A DNA stretch of 64,000 nt from Rhodobiaceae bacterium (GTDB lineage: Bacteria > Pseudomonadota > Alphaproteobacteria > Rhizobiales > JANQQB01): positions 394-64,393 of the forward strand of contig JANQQB010000278.1 of assembly GCA_028285165.1 (NCBI GenBank), in the 5' to 3' direction. Positions 8,707-19,295 of this stretch are shown one piece after another. Both the position numbers and the translations under genes were made by a program. Position 1 is the stretch's first letter. Each line of letters starts with the position of its first letter. Below the pieces are notes generated by a model that searched no databases, was not told the origin of the DNA, and saw only the letters and a program-made list of their open reading frames with translations.

Positions 8707-9813
8707 TCAGGCTTCGTCCGATGCCCGCTCGGGGAACATGGTCGCGATCGCCTCGACGGACGCGGCACATACGCCGCGCTCGGTGATCAGTCCGGTGACA
8801 AGCCGTGCCGGCGTGACGTCAAAGGCATAATTCGCCACATCCGAGCCGTCAGGCACGATGGTGACCGTTTCGATGCGTCCGTCGTCCGTGCGTCCGGTCA
8901 TGCGGGACACCTCGTCGCCGGACCGTTGTTCGATCGGCACATCCCGCACCCCGTCGCGGATCGTGAAATCGATGGTCGGGGAGGGAAGTCCGACATAAAA
9001 CGGGATGTCGTTGTCCTTGGCGGCGAGCGCCTTCAAATAGGTGCCGATCTTGTTGCAGACATCACCTGCCGCTGTCGTGCGGTCGGTGCCGGTGATCACC
9101 AGATCGACCAGACCATGCTGCATCAGATGGCCACCGACATTGTCCGCGATCACCGTATGCGGAACGCCGTGATGGCCGAGTTCCCAGGCGGTCAGCGAGG
9201 CGCCCTGGTTGCGCGGCCGGGTCTCGTCGACCCAGACGTGGATGTCCATGCCTTCATTGTATGCGGTGTAGATGGGGGCCGTTGCGGTGCCCCAATCGAC
9301 AGTCGCCAGCCATCCCGCGTTGCAATGGGTCAGCACATTGACGCGTTCGCCGGGCGCCTTGCGCGAAGCGATATCGGCGAGGATGGCGTGTCCGTGGCGG
9401 CCGATCGAGCGGTTGATCTCCACATCCTCATCACAGATCTCCCAGGCCCGCTGGTAGGCGCGTGTCTCCCGGTCTTCACGGGCAAGATTGCGCAACGCAG
9501 CGCGCATCTCGTCGAGCGCCCATTTCAGATTGATCGCCGTGGGGCGCGTCGCGTGCAGCGTCCGGTACGCGCTGTCAAGATTTTCGTCGGACGGATCGGC
9601 ACGGACAGCCAGGCACATTCCGTAGGCGGCCGTTGCCCCGATCAGCGGCGCGCCGCGCACCTGCATGCTGGCAATGGCATGGGCCGCATCGTCGACCGTG
9701 CGCAGTGTCACCGTCTCAAAAACATGCGGAAACCGCGTCTGGTCGATGATGGCAACGGACCATCCATCCTCGTTGAGCCAGATGGTTCGATACGGCGTGC
9801 CGTCGACATTCAT
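8707..9813 (-). CDS. mtnA: S-methyl-5-thioribose-1-phosphate isomerase
   Basis: [46 protein letters not shown] motifs. Confidence 0.96.
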   Translation of the reverse strand: MNVDGTPYRTIWLNEDGWSVAIIDQTRFPHVFETVTLRTVDDAAHAIASMQVRGAPLIGATAAYGMCLAVRADPSDENLDSAYRTLHATRPTAINLKWALDEMRAALRNLAREDRETRAYQRAWEICDEDVEINRSIGRHGHAILADIASRKAPGERVNVLTHCNAGWLATVDWGTATAPIYTAYNEGMDIHVWVDETRPRNQGASLTAWELGHHGVPHTVIADNVGGHLMQHGLVDLVITGTDRTTAAGDVCNKIGTYLKALAAKDNDIPFYVGLPSPTIDFTIRDGVRDVPIEQRSGDEVSRMTGRTDDGRIETVTIVPDGSDVANYAFDVTPARLVTGLITERGVCAASVEAIATMFPERASDEA

Positions 9814-9844
9814 GGGGCATTCCTCGCTATCAAGAAGGGTGGCG

Positions 9845-10339
9845 TTACGGTGTGCCTGGCCCGTTGTTCATCCGGATCGGCTCGGCGCTCGCGGCCTCGG
9901 CGAGGCGGTCCGGTTGGGCGGCGAACACGCATGTCGGCGTGCCGGCCGCCGCCCAGACGACCGGATAGGCCAGAAGGTCGACGTCGAAAAACGTCCGCAA
10001 GGGTGTCGCGTGTCCAAGCGGCGGAATCCCGCCGATCGCATAACCCGTCACATCCCGAACATAACTTGCATCGGGGCGCGTCAACGCCTCGCCGAGCGGT
10101 TCGGCAACCGTCTCAAGGTCGACCCTGTTGGCACCCGAGACCAAGAGCAGAACCGGCGAACCGGTTGCATTTCCACGAAAAACGAGTGATTTTACGATCT
10201 GGCCCGGGGTGCAGCCACAGGCTGCAGCCGCCTCGTCGGCGGTCCGGGTCGGCGTGCGCATTTCGATGATCGACGCGTCGAGGCCGGATTCCTGAAGCGC
10301 ATGCGCGACTTTTTGCGCGCTTTTGGGAAGATCGGTCAT
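9845..10339 (-). CDS. YbaK/EbsC aminoacyl-tRNA deacylase family protein
   Basis: [34 protein letters not shown]; start moved to ATG 10339. Confidence 0.9.
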   Translation of the reverse strand: MTDLPKSAQKVAHALQESGLDASIIEMRTPTRTADEAAAACGCTPGQIVKSLVFRGNATGSPVLLLVSGANRVDLETVAEPLGEALTRPDASYVRDVTGYAIGGIPPLGHATPLRTFFDVDLLAYPVVWAAAGTPTCVFAAQPDRLAEAASAEPIRMNNGPGTP

Positions 10340-10392
10340 CGTATGTAAGCACTGCTCAGGGTGGCGGAACGACGGGACCAAGGGAGCGCCGC

Positions 10393-11136
10393 ATGGTGGC
10401 TCGACCTGACAACGACACCGGAAAAAGCGATATCATCATGGATGCACACAAAGCAATGAACGAAAACGACGCGACGGAAGCGGAAGCCGAAAAGCCGGAC
10501 GCGGCAGCGCTGCCGCGGCTGCAACCGTCGATCGTCAAGATCCGCGACGCGATGGCCGACCGCCAGGACGCCATGGAGCAGTTGCGCGAACGCGACCGTG
10601 TCCTGTTGCAGGCGCTCCAGGAGCATCTGCGCGACCTGGCAAAGGACGTGCCGGCGGATGCCGACTGGGTGCTTCTGACCCTGTCGAATGCAGAAAAACC
10701 ACGCTATTGGGTCGACGCGACCAGTCATGTCTCGATCGACCGCGACAGCCGGACCTACCGGTTTCTGCGGGATACCAGGCTGGGCCGGATCGTCGTGCGC
10801 GAAAGCGACGATGTCGGCGCCATCGGCCAGGCCGTCGCCGACTACCTTGCCGAACGCTTCGTGGAGCGGGACCGTGCCATCGACGGCGACTGGCTCGCCA
10901 TCGTGCAATCCCGCTATCATGAAGAAGCGCAGCGCCGCGAAGCCGAGCGGGTGGAAACCGTAGAGGACGTCGAACCGACCCCGAGGCCGGGTTTTGCGAT
11001 CTATCTGTTCGGATTGCTGACCGGGCTGGCCGTCATGTTCGGTGCACTCTACTACCTCGACCCGGATATCGTGGACACGGTGCGCGCGGCCCTCGGCCTC
11101 ATTGAGACGGTGCCGCCGGCCGAAACGAGCCAATAG
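10393..11136 (+). CDS. Hypothetical protein with a C-terminal TM anchor
   Basis: Coding-like composition, PRYWVD...YRFLRDTRLGR segment, hydrophobic C-terminal helix; start uncertain. Confidence 0.65.
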   Translation: MVARPDNDTGKSDIIMDAHKAMNENDATEAEAEKPDAAALPRLQPSIVKIRDAMADRQDAMEQLRERDRVLLQALQEHLRDLAKDVPADADWVLLTLSNAEKPRYWVDATSHVSIDRDSRTYRFLRDTRLGRIVVRESDDVGAIGQAVADYLAERFVERDRAIDGDWLAIVQSRYHEEAQRREAERVETVEDVEPTPRPGFAIYLFGLLTGLAVMFGALYYLDPDIVDTVRAALGLIETVPPAETSQ

Positions 11137-12022
11137 GTTCGCGGTCGCGAAACGTCACCAATTCGCCGGTCCGGGAATCGAAGCCGCGTTCCGTCCACAA
11201 CGCCTGCCAGCCTGCCGACGCCGTGCGCGCGATGTCGAACAGGTTGTACCGGCCGGCGGGGCGGCTCGCGCCCGGGCCGTTGGACGTTGCCGGAACGCAG
11301 ACCACTGGAACCGGTCCTGCCGGTCCGGCGATTGCGGCGCGGGTCGCAAGATGGGTGTGCCCGTGCAGGATCAGGTCGGCACCGGTTCGCGCGATGACCT
11401 GTCGGAAGACTTCCGCATCGAACAGCGATTTCCGGAAAAGCGTCGCGCGCGGCTGCGGCGGGTGATGGATCATGACGATCCGAAACGTGTCCGCAATGGA
11501 CGGATCGCCGAGCATGGCTTCAAGGCGGGCCGCCTGCGCCCGGCCGAAAACACCGCCGGCGACGAACGGCGGCATGGCGATACCGGTGCTCGTTCCGATC
11601 AGGCAAAGATCGTCTCGCTTGCGCAGATAGGGAAACGCGATCGTTTCGGGGGCGGTGTCTGCGGACATGAAGGGTGCCCATTGCGGAGCGTGTCGCCGGA
11701 AGGCGCCGCGAATATAGGCATCATGATTGCCGGGAATCACCGAGACGTCCCGTGGGTCGCCAAGGCTCTCGAGCCAGGCCCGGCCGCGTTCGAATTCCGT
11801 CTCCAGCGCCAGATTCGTAATATCGCCGGTAACCGCGATGTGGTCGGGCGCCGCGTCTTTCAGGTCGGCGATCAGACGGTCGCGCCATTCGGCGCCCATG
11901 TGGCGTTTGCGGTTGCCCTTCCAGAACAGGAGGCCCAATACTCTCTTGTTAAAATAGTCACCGGGCCCGAGCGCGGGAATCGGTCCGAGATGGGGGTCGG
12001 AAATATGCGCCAGACGAAACAT
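11099..12022 (-). CDS. Metallophosphoesterase (Icc/CpdA-like)
   Basis: HISDPH, TGDITN, PGNHD, IHHPP, LHGHTH motifs. Confidence 0.92.
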   Translation of the reverse strand: MFRLAHISDPHLGPIPALGPGDYFNKRVLGLLFWKGNRKRHMGAEWRDRLIADLKDAAPDHIAVTGDITNLALETEFERGRAWLESLGDPRDVSVIPGNHDAYIRGAFRRHAPQWAPFMSADTAPETIAFPYLRKRDDLCLIGTSTGIAMPPFVAGGVFGRAQAARLEAMLGDPSIADTFRIVMIHHPPQPRATLFRKSLFDAEVFRQVIARTGADLILHGHTHLATRAAIAGPAGPVPVVCVPATSNGPGASRPAGRYNLFDIARTASAGWQALWTERGFDSRTGELVTFRDREPIGSFRPAAPSQ

Positions 12023-12072
12023 CGGGTCGCGATAGCCGATTTGACGCCCGACCGGAAGCGGTTTCTCCGCGC

Positions 12073-12543
12073 ATGAGGACGATCGGTGCTCACCCTCTTG
12101 TCCGGCGGCTTTTCCACGCCTTCGCGCTTGCCACGCGGCCGATGACTCTGGGTACGCGGGTGTTGATCACCGACGATCAGGATCGTGTTTTGCTGATCAG
12201 GCATACCTACGTGCCGGGATGGTATCTGCCGGGTGGCGGGGTCGATGTCGGAGAAACGATCGAGCAGGCGGCGCGGCGGGAAGTGCTGGAGGAAACCGGC
12301 CTCGGCGTCGACGGGCTTGCCCTCTTCGGGCTCTACTACAACACGACGGCCTCGCGGCGGGACCACGTGGCGTTGTTCGTCGCTGATGACTGGCGGCGGG
12401 AGCGGGACCTTGCCGTTCCCAATCGGGAAATCAGCGACGTTGAGTTTTTTGCCCGCAACGCCATTCCGGAGGATGTGACGCCGTCGACCCGGCGCCGGCT
12501 CGACGAGGTCCTTGACGGATCGGCTCCGACCGGATTCTGGTAG
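12073..12543 (+). CDS. NUDIX hydrolase
   Basis: Nudix box GGGVDVGETIEQAARREVLEETG. Confidence 0.92.
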   Translation: MRTIGAHPLVRRLFHAFALATRPMTLGTRVLITDDQDRVLLIRHTYVPGWYLPGGGVDVGETIEQAARREVLEETGLGVDGLALFGLYYNTTASRRDHVALFVADDWRRERDLAVPNREISDVEFFARNAIPEDVTPSTRRRLDEVLDGSAPTGFW

Positions 12544-12556
12544 CGGCGGGACAGCG

Positions 12557-13540
12557 TCACGCGCCGAAGCGGGCCCTGTCGTGCGGCGCATCCAGATCGA
12601 TTTCCGGACCCAACGGTACGATGCGGGTCGGGTTGATCGATTCGTGACTGTAAAAATAGTGCCGCTTGATGTGATCCATGTGCGTCAGCCCGGCAATGCC
12701 GGGCATCTGGTAAAGATCGCGCAGGTAGTTCGACAGGTTCGGATAATCGGCGATGCGCCGCTTGTTGCATTTGAAATGCCCGAAATAGACCGGATCGAAA
12801 CGAACCAGAGTGGTGAACAGGCGCCAGTCGGCCTCCGTCACCCGGTCGCCCACCAGATAGCGCTGGCCCGACAGCCGATCCTCAAGCACGTCCAGCGTGT
12901 CGAACAGCTCCACGAAGGCCGTCTCATAGGCCTCCTGGGTGGTTGCGAAGCCGCATTTGTACACGCCGTTGTTGACCGTGTTGTAGATGCGGTCGTTGAC
13001 GGCATCGATGTCTGCCCGCAGGTCCTGCGGATAATAGTCCGCATTGTTGCCGGTCAGGTTGTCGAAGGCCGAGTTGAACATCCGGATGATCTCGGAGGAT
13101 TCATTGCTGGCAATCGTTGACTGGCTTTTGTCCCACAGCACCGGCACGGTAACCCGTCCGGTAAACGTCGGATCCGCCTTCGTATAGACCTCGAACATGT
13201 GTTTCGCGCCATGGATGCTGTCCGGGATCGTTCCCGGTGCATCGGAGAACGACCAGCCCTTGTCCATCATGTCCGGATCGACCACCGACAGCGAGATCAG
13301 GTCTTCCAGGCCCTTCAGGCGTCGGAAGATCAGTGTGCGATGCGCCCACGGGCAGGCATGGGAAATGTAGAGATGGTAGCGTCCGGCTTCCGCCTTGAAG
13401 CCGGCCTTTCCGGACGGACCGGCCGAACCGTCTGCCGTCACCCAATTGCGGAACCGCGCATCCTTGCGGACGAACTTCCCGCCGGTCGATTTTGTGTCGT
13501 ACCACGTGTCCTGCCAGACGCCATCGACGAGAAGGCCCAT
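12557..13540 (-). CDS. Glutathionyl-hydroquinone reductase (YqjG/ECM4, Xi-class GST)
   Basis: GRYHLY, CPWAHR, VTVPVLWD, NESSEI, NNGVY, RFDPVY motifs. Confidence 0.93.
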   Translation of the reverse strand: MGLLVDGVWQDTWYDTKSTGGKFVRKDARFRNWVTADGSAGPSGKAGFKAEAGRYHLYISHACPWAHRTLIFRRLKGLEDLISLSVVDPDMMDKGWSFSDAPGTIPDSIHGAKHMFEVYTKADPTFTGRVTVPVLWDKSQSTIASNESSEIIRMFNSAFDNLTGNNADYYPQDLRADIDAVNDRIYNTVNNGVYKCGFATTQEAYETAFVELFDTLDVLEDRLSGQRYLVGDRVTEADWRLFTTLVRFDPVYFGHFKCNKRRIADYPNLSNYLRDLYQMPGIAGLTHMDHIKRHYFYSHESINPTRIVPLGPEIDLDAPHDRARFGA

Positions 13541-13736
13541 TGTTCAATCTCCGAAAAACCGTTGTTCGCTCTCCAGTTAGCCTTTTGCGCCGAACGATCA
13601 AGGGTTGTGAACACGCTGTTTCACCTCGGGAAACAATCGTCGTGGAGCGTCTTTACCTTTTGACTGCCGCGTGTTACGTCCCCGCGCACTTCGGAACGGC
13701 AGGATGATTTTTTCCCTGCCCAAGGGACCATCGCTC

Positions 13737-13811
13737 ATGCCGCGCATGACACTCCGACGACGACGCATCGCCCCCGGCTTGTTGCCGGTCGCGTTCGCCT
13801 GCGCGCGCTAG
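13737..13811 (+). promoter_or_regulatory. Putative Arg-rich leader peptide (MPRMTLRRRRIAPGLLPVAFACAR) upstream of the GNAT
   Basis: AAGGGA RBS; CGA CGA CGA CGC codon run; hairpins on both sides; in-frame alternative ATG at 13704. Confidence 0.4.
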
Positions 13812-13878
13812 GCGGCCCGTTCCACGTCGGTACGGGCGCGGCCCGCGTCCCTCCGCTCCGATGTGAGACCTGACAGAT

Positions 13879-14409
13879 ATGACTTCTCCGATCTATGCCA
13901 TCCGGCCCGAGGCGCCGGACCACGAACCTCCCATCGACCATCTGCATGCCGTCTGTTTTGGCCCGGGCCGTCACGTAAAGGCCGCGTTCCGGGTTCGGGA
14001 AGGTTCCGAGCCGGTGCGCTCGTTGAGTTTCGTCGCGCTCAACGGTCCCGGTCTGATCGGCTCTGTGCGCTACACGGCCATCACGATCGGCACGACCGAG
14101 GCCATGCTGCTCGGGCCGCTTGCCGTTCATCCGACCTATTCGGGGAAAGGGGCGGGAAGGGCGCTGGTGCGTGCAAGCCTTGAGGCGGCGGCAGCGCAAT
14201 TCGTGTCCTTTGTCGTGCTGGTCGGCGATCTGCCGTATTACGGACCGCTCGGATTTGCGCCAGTCGCCCCGGGTTCGATCGGGTTTCCGGCGCCGGTCGA
14301 TCCGGCGCGGGTGCTCGTTGCGCGACCGGGCGGCCATAAAAAAACACTGCCAGGCGGCGTGGTCGCCGCCGTGGGCGGCGTTGCCGAGGCTTACAAGGAC
14401 ACCGCTTAG
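13879..14409 (+). CDS. GNAT N-acetyltransferase (YhbS-like)
   Basis: FGPGR, LLGPLAVHP, GKGAGRAL, LVGDLPYYGPLGF motifs. Confidence 0.9.
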   Translation: MTSPIYAIRPEAPDHEPPIDHLHAVCFGPGRHVKAAFRVREGSEPVRSLSFVALNGPGLIGSVRYTAITIGTTEAMLLGPLAVHPTYSGKGAGRALVRASLEAAAAQFVSFVVLVGDLPYYGPLGFAPVAPGSIGFPAPVDPARVLVARPGGHKKTLPGGVVAAVGGVAEAYKDTA

Positions 14410-16472
14410 CGTCCTTCCCGGTACCACGTCGCTGACAGCAGCCCAAGCAGGATGGCCAGTCCGAGGAAGCCGGCCAACAGCGAATACCGGTCGACGCCGC
14501 GCAAAACGTATGCGTCGGTGGTTTTCAGTCCGATCCAGTTCGAGCCGGAATAAGACCGGTTCGCCCGCATCGGAACGACCCGCAGATTGGCATCGTGGTC
14601 GGCTCCGACCCGCCGTACGCTGCCGCTGGTTTCCTCGGCCAGATTGGCCAGAAGGTCGGTCGTCGACCGCACATCGGTGTATTCGCGCGGATTGACGGGG
14701 CCGACATGGGTGAGCGCACGGCGTTCGCCTTCTTCGGCGGTATGAATGCCGAGTTCGTCGGATTCGACAACGGCGGTCCACATGCCGCTCCCATCCTCGA
14801 TCAGCGTGACCTCTTCGGTCCGGCCGCTCGGGAACTTCAGGAAGATCGGTTCGATGCCCTCCGACAGGGTCTGACGTTCTATGGTCAGGCGTCCATCGCG
14901 GGCCTTCAGGCGCAGGGCCTCCTCCTCAAGGTCCGGTTCCTTCATCAGCCAATGCGAAAGCCGCCGCAGCAGCGGCACGTGCGGCCCGCCGCCCTCGAAG
15001 CCGCGCGCCCACAGCCAGGCATGGTCCGACAGCATCAACGCGACCCGCCCTTCGCCTTCGCGATTGAGGATGAGAAGCGGGCGTTCTTCCGGTCCCTGCA
15101 TGACGATCTGGCCGTCATTCGGAATCACGTCCACCAGCCGGAACCAGCGGCTCCAGGACGGCGGCGTGGTCGCGCCGCCCGGCAGATCGCGCGTCACCGG
15201 ATGGCGGTCGCCGGTTTCGCTGACTTCGGCGACATAGGGCTCTTCGAAAACGTTGCCGGTCGGTTCGGCCGGCAGGATCGTCGACAGGGGCGTGCGGAAT
15301 ACGCTGCTCGAATGCGCGTAATCCGGACCGGACGCTATCAGCACCGCGCCGCCGTCGCGCACGTAGCGGGCAATGTTGTCGAAATACAGGAGCGGCAGCA
15401 CACCGCGCCTTCGGTAGCGGTCGAAGATGATCAGGTCGAATTCGTTGATCTTGATCGAAAACAACTCGCGGGTCGGAAATGCGATCAGCGACAATTCGTT
15501 GATCGGCGTGCCGTCCTGCTTTTCCGGTGGCCGCAGGATCGTGAAATGCACGAGGTCGACGGCGGCATCGGATTTCAAAAGGTTGCGCCAGGTGCGCTCC
15601 CCGGCATGCGGTTCCCCGGACACCAGCAGAACGCGCAGGTTTTCCCGCACGCCCTCGATCGTGACCACAACCCGGTTGTTGATGTCGGTCAGTTCACCGT
15701 CGAGGCTCTCGGCTTCGAACTCAAAAATGTTCGAGCCGGCATGGGCAATCGGCACTGGAATGTCGATGGTCTGGCCGGGCGCGACGCGTTCCTCAAGCAA
15801 CGGTTCCCCGTCGCGCTTGACGGCGATCGTGACCCGGCCGCCGTCGGTTATGCCATGGTCGCGCACGGCGAGCGTCACGACCTGGTCCTCGCCGATCAGG
15901 CCGAAACGCGGCGCGCGGTTCAGCACCAATTGACGATCCCGCTCGTCCTCGCTGCCGGTGATCAAGCCATGCAGGGGCGCGGAAAAACCGAGTTGGCGGG
16001 CGGCTTCGGGGATGTCGTGGATCTGACCGTCGGTGACAAGAACCGCACCGGCGACCCGTTCCGGCGGAACGTCGGACAAGGCGTTGTTGAGATCGGAGAA
16101 CAAGACGGTCCCGTCGTTGCGGCGGTCGGTCTGGCCGCCGGATTCAACAATGCGTACGTCGATATTGTTAAGCCGTTCCAGTCTTGCCGTCAGGTTCTCG
16201 ACCATCGCATCGGTTTCCGCCGTGCGCTCGGCCAATCCCTGGCTTTCGCTGCGGTCGACGACAATTGCGGCGACGCTTGACAATTGTTCCCGGTCTTCGC
16301 GCTGCAACGCCGGGTCGAGCAGGGCGACGAACAGGGCGGCAAAGGCCAGCACCCGAACCGCGGCCCCGCGGTGTCTCTGGACCAGACCGACACCGACCAG
16401 CGCCAGCCCGACAATGCCGAGCAGGACAAGAAGCCATACCGGCAGGACCGGATCAAAGGCGATCGACCACAT
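14406..16472 (-). CDS. Membrane protein with vWA-like and glutamine amidotransferase-like domains (MoxR operon)
   Basis: N- and C-terminal TM helices, VVDRSES, TDGQIHD, VSGEPHAGERTWRNLLKSD. Confidence 0.8.
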   Translation of the reverse strand: MWSIAFDPVLPVWLLVLLGIVGLALVGVGLVQRHRGAAVRVLAFAALFVALLDPALQREDREQLSSVAAIVVDRSESQGLAERTAETDAMVENLTARLERLNNIDVRIVESGGQTDRRNDGTVLFSDLNNALSDVPPERVAGAVLVTDGQIHDIPEAARQLGFSAPLHGLITGSEDERDRQLVLNRAPRFGLIGEDQVVTLAVRDHGITDGGRVTIAVKRDGEPLLEERVAPGQTIDIPVPIAHAGSNIFEFEAESLDGELTDINNRVVVTIEGVRENLRVLLVSGEPHAGERTWRNLLKSDAAVDLVHFTILRPPEKQDGTPINELSLIAFPTRELFSIKINEFDLIIFDRYRRRGVLPLLYFDNIARYVRDGGAVLIASGPDYAHSSSVFRTPLSTILPAEPTGNVFEEPYVAEVSETGDRHPVTRDLPGGATTPPSWSRWFRLVDVIPNDGQIVMQGPEERPLLILNREGEGRVALMLSDHAWLWARGFEGGGPHVPLLRRLSHWLMKEPDLEEEALRLKARDGRLTIERQTLSEGIEPIFLKFPSGRTEEVTLIEDGSGMWTAVVESDELGIHTAEEGERRALTHVGPVNPREYTDVRSTTDLLANLAEETSGSVRRVGADHDANLRVVPMRANRSYSGSNWIGLKTTDAYVLRGVDRYSLLAGFLGLAILLGLLSATWYREGR

Positions 16473-16484
16473 GCCTGTCTCCTC

Positions 16485-19295
16485 CTATTGTCCCAGCCGT
16501 TCCAGCAGCGCCGGCACGTGCACCTGATCGGCCTTGTAATTGCCGGTCAGCGTGTACATGACGATGTTGACCCCGACCCGGAACGCCAGTTCGCGCTGGC
16601 GGGCATTGTCCGGGACGGTCGGGTAAAGGTATTCGCCGGTTTCGGATATGGCCCAGGCGCCGGCAAAATCATTGCCGGTGATCATCAGCGGCGAAACGCC
16701 GTCGCCCGCCCGGACCGGGCGGTCCCCCTGCTCGGCCGTCTGCAGACGTTGAACCCAGAGCGGCGAACCGGTCCACCGGCCCGGAAAGTCCTGCAGCAGG
16801 TAGAACGCCTTGGTCAGCACATGGTCACCGGGCACCGGTTCGAGCGGCGGCACGTTCAGCTTTACCAGGATTTCGCGGAGTTTCTGGCCTTCGGGCGTCG
16901 TCGAAAAGCCGCCCGATCTCGATCCCGCAAACTGGTCGGCGGTGTCGAAGATAACGGTTCCGCCGCTTTTCATGAAGCCGTCGATCCGGGCAAGACTGCG
17001 TTCGCTCGGTTCCGGCGAGTCCGCGCTGACCGGCCAATACAGCAATGGGAAAAAGGCCAGTTCGTCCTCGTCGAGATTGACGCCGATCGGGGGGCCGGGT
17101 TCGAGCGCGGTCCGGTCGGCGAGATAAAGCGACAGGCCCAGCAGGCCGTTGCGCGCTTTCTCATCGACCGGAGCAACGCCGGTCATGACATAGGCGAGGC
17201 GGGTTTTCAGGGCCGAATCAATCAGGGCCTGGACATCACCATCCGTCTGACTTTGGGCATGGGCGCGATCGATCGGCGAAAGCGCGCCAAAAACCAGAGC
17301 GCCGGCGATGACCGAAGCGGTGCCCGCGCGCGGGAAGGGTATTTTCGGAAGGCCGCGCACGAAAATCATCACGATCGTGTCCGCCAGAAGCAGCAACAGG
17401 GCTACGAAGAACAACCACGGTGTCAGGTCGAGCGGTTCCGACGCTGCATATTCCCGCTGTTCTGCTCTATCGGTAAGGTTTGCGGAGTCGAGGAGCTGCG
17501 GGACGCGGCCGCTGTGGAACAGGTTGAGCGCCCGAAACCCGTCCTCGGTTCCGTACAGACCCGGCGGATTTTCGGCATTGGCCACGAGAGTTGACAATTG
17601 GCTCTCGAAAATCCCGCGCGCGTCCCGCGTCGGCGGTCCGATTTCTCCGAAACCGTTGAGTGTCCGCAACGGCGGCAGGCTGGCTTCCTGATCGTCGGTT
17701 CCTTGGGTCGTGGCCCCGGCGGCATTGGAAAAGGCGATGATCTTGCGCAGCATTTCAACAAACGTTCCCGATAGCGGCAGGTTCGACCATGTCGTGTCCG
17801 CTGTGACGTGAAACAGGACGATCCAACCGCGGCCGATCTGATCCGCCGTGACGAGCGGCGTGCCGTCGGCCAGGCTCGCCCATGTCTTGTCGGGAAGATC
17901 GACATCGGGTTCGGCCAGGACCTGGCGCGTAACCGTGACGTCTTCGGCAACTCTCAGTCCGGCGAACGGCGTGCCTTCGGAGAATTGCCCGATCGGTTGC
18001 GGTTCTTCCCAGGACAGGTTTCCGCCGAGCGTGCGTTCGCCGTCGCGGAGCCGGACCGGCAACAGGCCGGACGCGCCCTCGGCGAGCCGCGGGCCGGCAA
18101 AACGGACCAGCATGCCGCCGTCTTCGACCCAGGTCTGCAATTGATCTGCGCCGTCGCCGACCAGTGTGCCGATATCGGCCAGCATGATTACGGAGACGTT
18201 CTGGTCGATCAGTTCCTTCGATGCCGCGGCGATCTCGCTCTCGCGCGGCACCCGCACGTCGGCAAACGGAACCAGGGCCTGAGAGAGGTAATGGATCGGC
18301 GACAGGAGCGGCTGCGCCATGTCGAACCCGGATCCGGCAAGCAATCCGACGGTTCTGCGCCGCCAGCGTTCGTCGAGGAAAAAGACCGATCCGGCATCGA
18401 CCTTATCGGCCAGTTCGAGGCGGGCGATCTGGTTGCGCAATTCGATGGGCAGTTCGAAGGCTGCCTCTGCCTCGGTCTGATCGGCCTCGAACGCGAAGGT
18501 GGCGGAGCCTATGGGCCGACCCCGTTCGTCGACCGCGCTCAACGCTCCCGATTGTGCGGGACCCGGCGAGGCCCGAACAACCCGTGCGGTCAGCCGATCG
18601 GCATCATTGGCGGTTTCCACCAGGGCCGTCGCCGCGTTCTCACCGGGCTCGTACAGGGCAATCGGCACGGTTGACGGCAGTTGCGACAAGGCCTGCAGGA
18701 AGTCCGGATCGTCCTGGCCGCTCATACCGTCGGCAAGCCAGACGACTTCTCCGACGAGGTCTGACAGGCCACCAAGCCCGGCCGCGAGGCTGCCGCGGTC
18801 GGCCGGCCAGGGGCGCGGTTCCAGGGCGCGCAGCCGGTCGCGCGCATCGGCTGCGGACACCGGTTCGAAGGTCTGGGCCTGACCGTCGGCCGTCGCGATC
18901 AGCGCAACCGAACGATTGCGGTTTTCCGCCGCCTCGATCAGCCCGTTTGCGGTGAAGAGGACTTCTTCCCAATGCGAAGCGGAGGCCCAGCCGTTGTCGA
19001 CAACGAGGGCAAGGGGACCGTCGGCGGCCGTGCCGGCTTCCAGGGGCCGCCAGATCGGTCCGGCGAGCGCGATGATAATGAGAGCGGCCAACACGAGCCG
19101 CAACAGCGTCAGCCACCACGGCGTCCGGGCCGGCGTCTCTTCGCGGTTCGGGCTGTCGAGCAGCAAACGGGTGGGCGGAAACGTCACTTCCTTGGGGCGC
19201 GGCGGCACCAGGCGCAGCAGAAACCAGATGCCGGCCAGAAGGGCGAGGCCTGTCAGGACGATGGGAGTCGTGAATGCCAGCGGAAGGGAAAACAT
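16485..19295 (-). CDS. BatA-N/vWA/DUF4159 domain membrane protein
   Basis: N-terminal double TM with PPRP...FPPTRLL...TPWWL; C-terminal FFPLLYWP and YTLTGNYKADQVH. Confidence 0.85.
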   Translation of the reverse strand: MFSLPLAFTTPIVLTGLALLAGIWFLLRLVPPRPKEVTFPPTRLLLDSPNREETPARTPWWLTLLRLVLAALIIIALAGPIWRPLEAGTAADGPLALVVDNGWASASHWEEVLFTANGLIEAAENRNRSVALIATADGQAQTFEPVSAADARDRLRALEPRPWPADRGSLAAGLGGLSDLVGEVVWLADGMSGQDDPDFLQALSQLPSTVPIALYEPGENAATALVETANDADRLTARVVRASPGPAQSGALSAVDERGRPIGSATFAFEADQTEAEAAFELPIELRNQIARLELADKVDAGSVFFLDERWRRRTVGLLAGSGFDMAQPLLSPIHYLSQALVPFADVRVPRESEIAAASKELIDQNVSVIMLADIGTLVGDGADQLQTWVEDGGMLVRFAGPRLAEGASGLLPVRLRDGERTLGGNLSWEEPQPIGQFSEGTPFAGLRVAEDVTVTRQVLAEPDVDLPDKTWASLADGTPLVTADQIGRGWIVLFHVTADTTWSNLPLSGTFVEMLRKIIAFSNAAGATTQGTDDQEASLPPLRTLNGFGEIGPPTRDARGIFESQLSTLVANAENPPGLYGTEDGFRALNLFHSGRVPQLLDSANLTDRAEQREYAASEPLDLTPWLFFVALLLLLADTIVMIFVRGLPKIPFPRAGTASVIAGALVFGALSPIDRAHAQSQTDGDVQALIDSALKTRLAYVMTGVAPVDEKARNGLLGLSLYLADRTALEPGPPIGVNLDEDELAFFPLLYWPVSADSPEPSERSLARIDGFMKSGGTVIFDTADQFAGSRSGGFSTTPEGQKLREILVKLNVPPLEPVPGDHVLTKAFYLLQDFPGRWTGSPLWVQRLQTAEQGDRPVRAGDGVSPLMITGNDFAGAWAISETGEYLYPTVPDNARQRELAFRVGVNIVMYTLTGNYKADQVHVPALLERLGQ

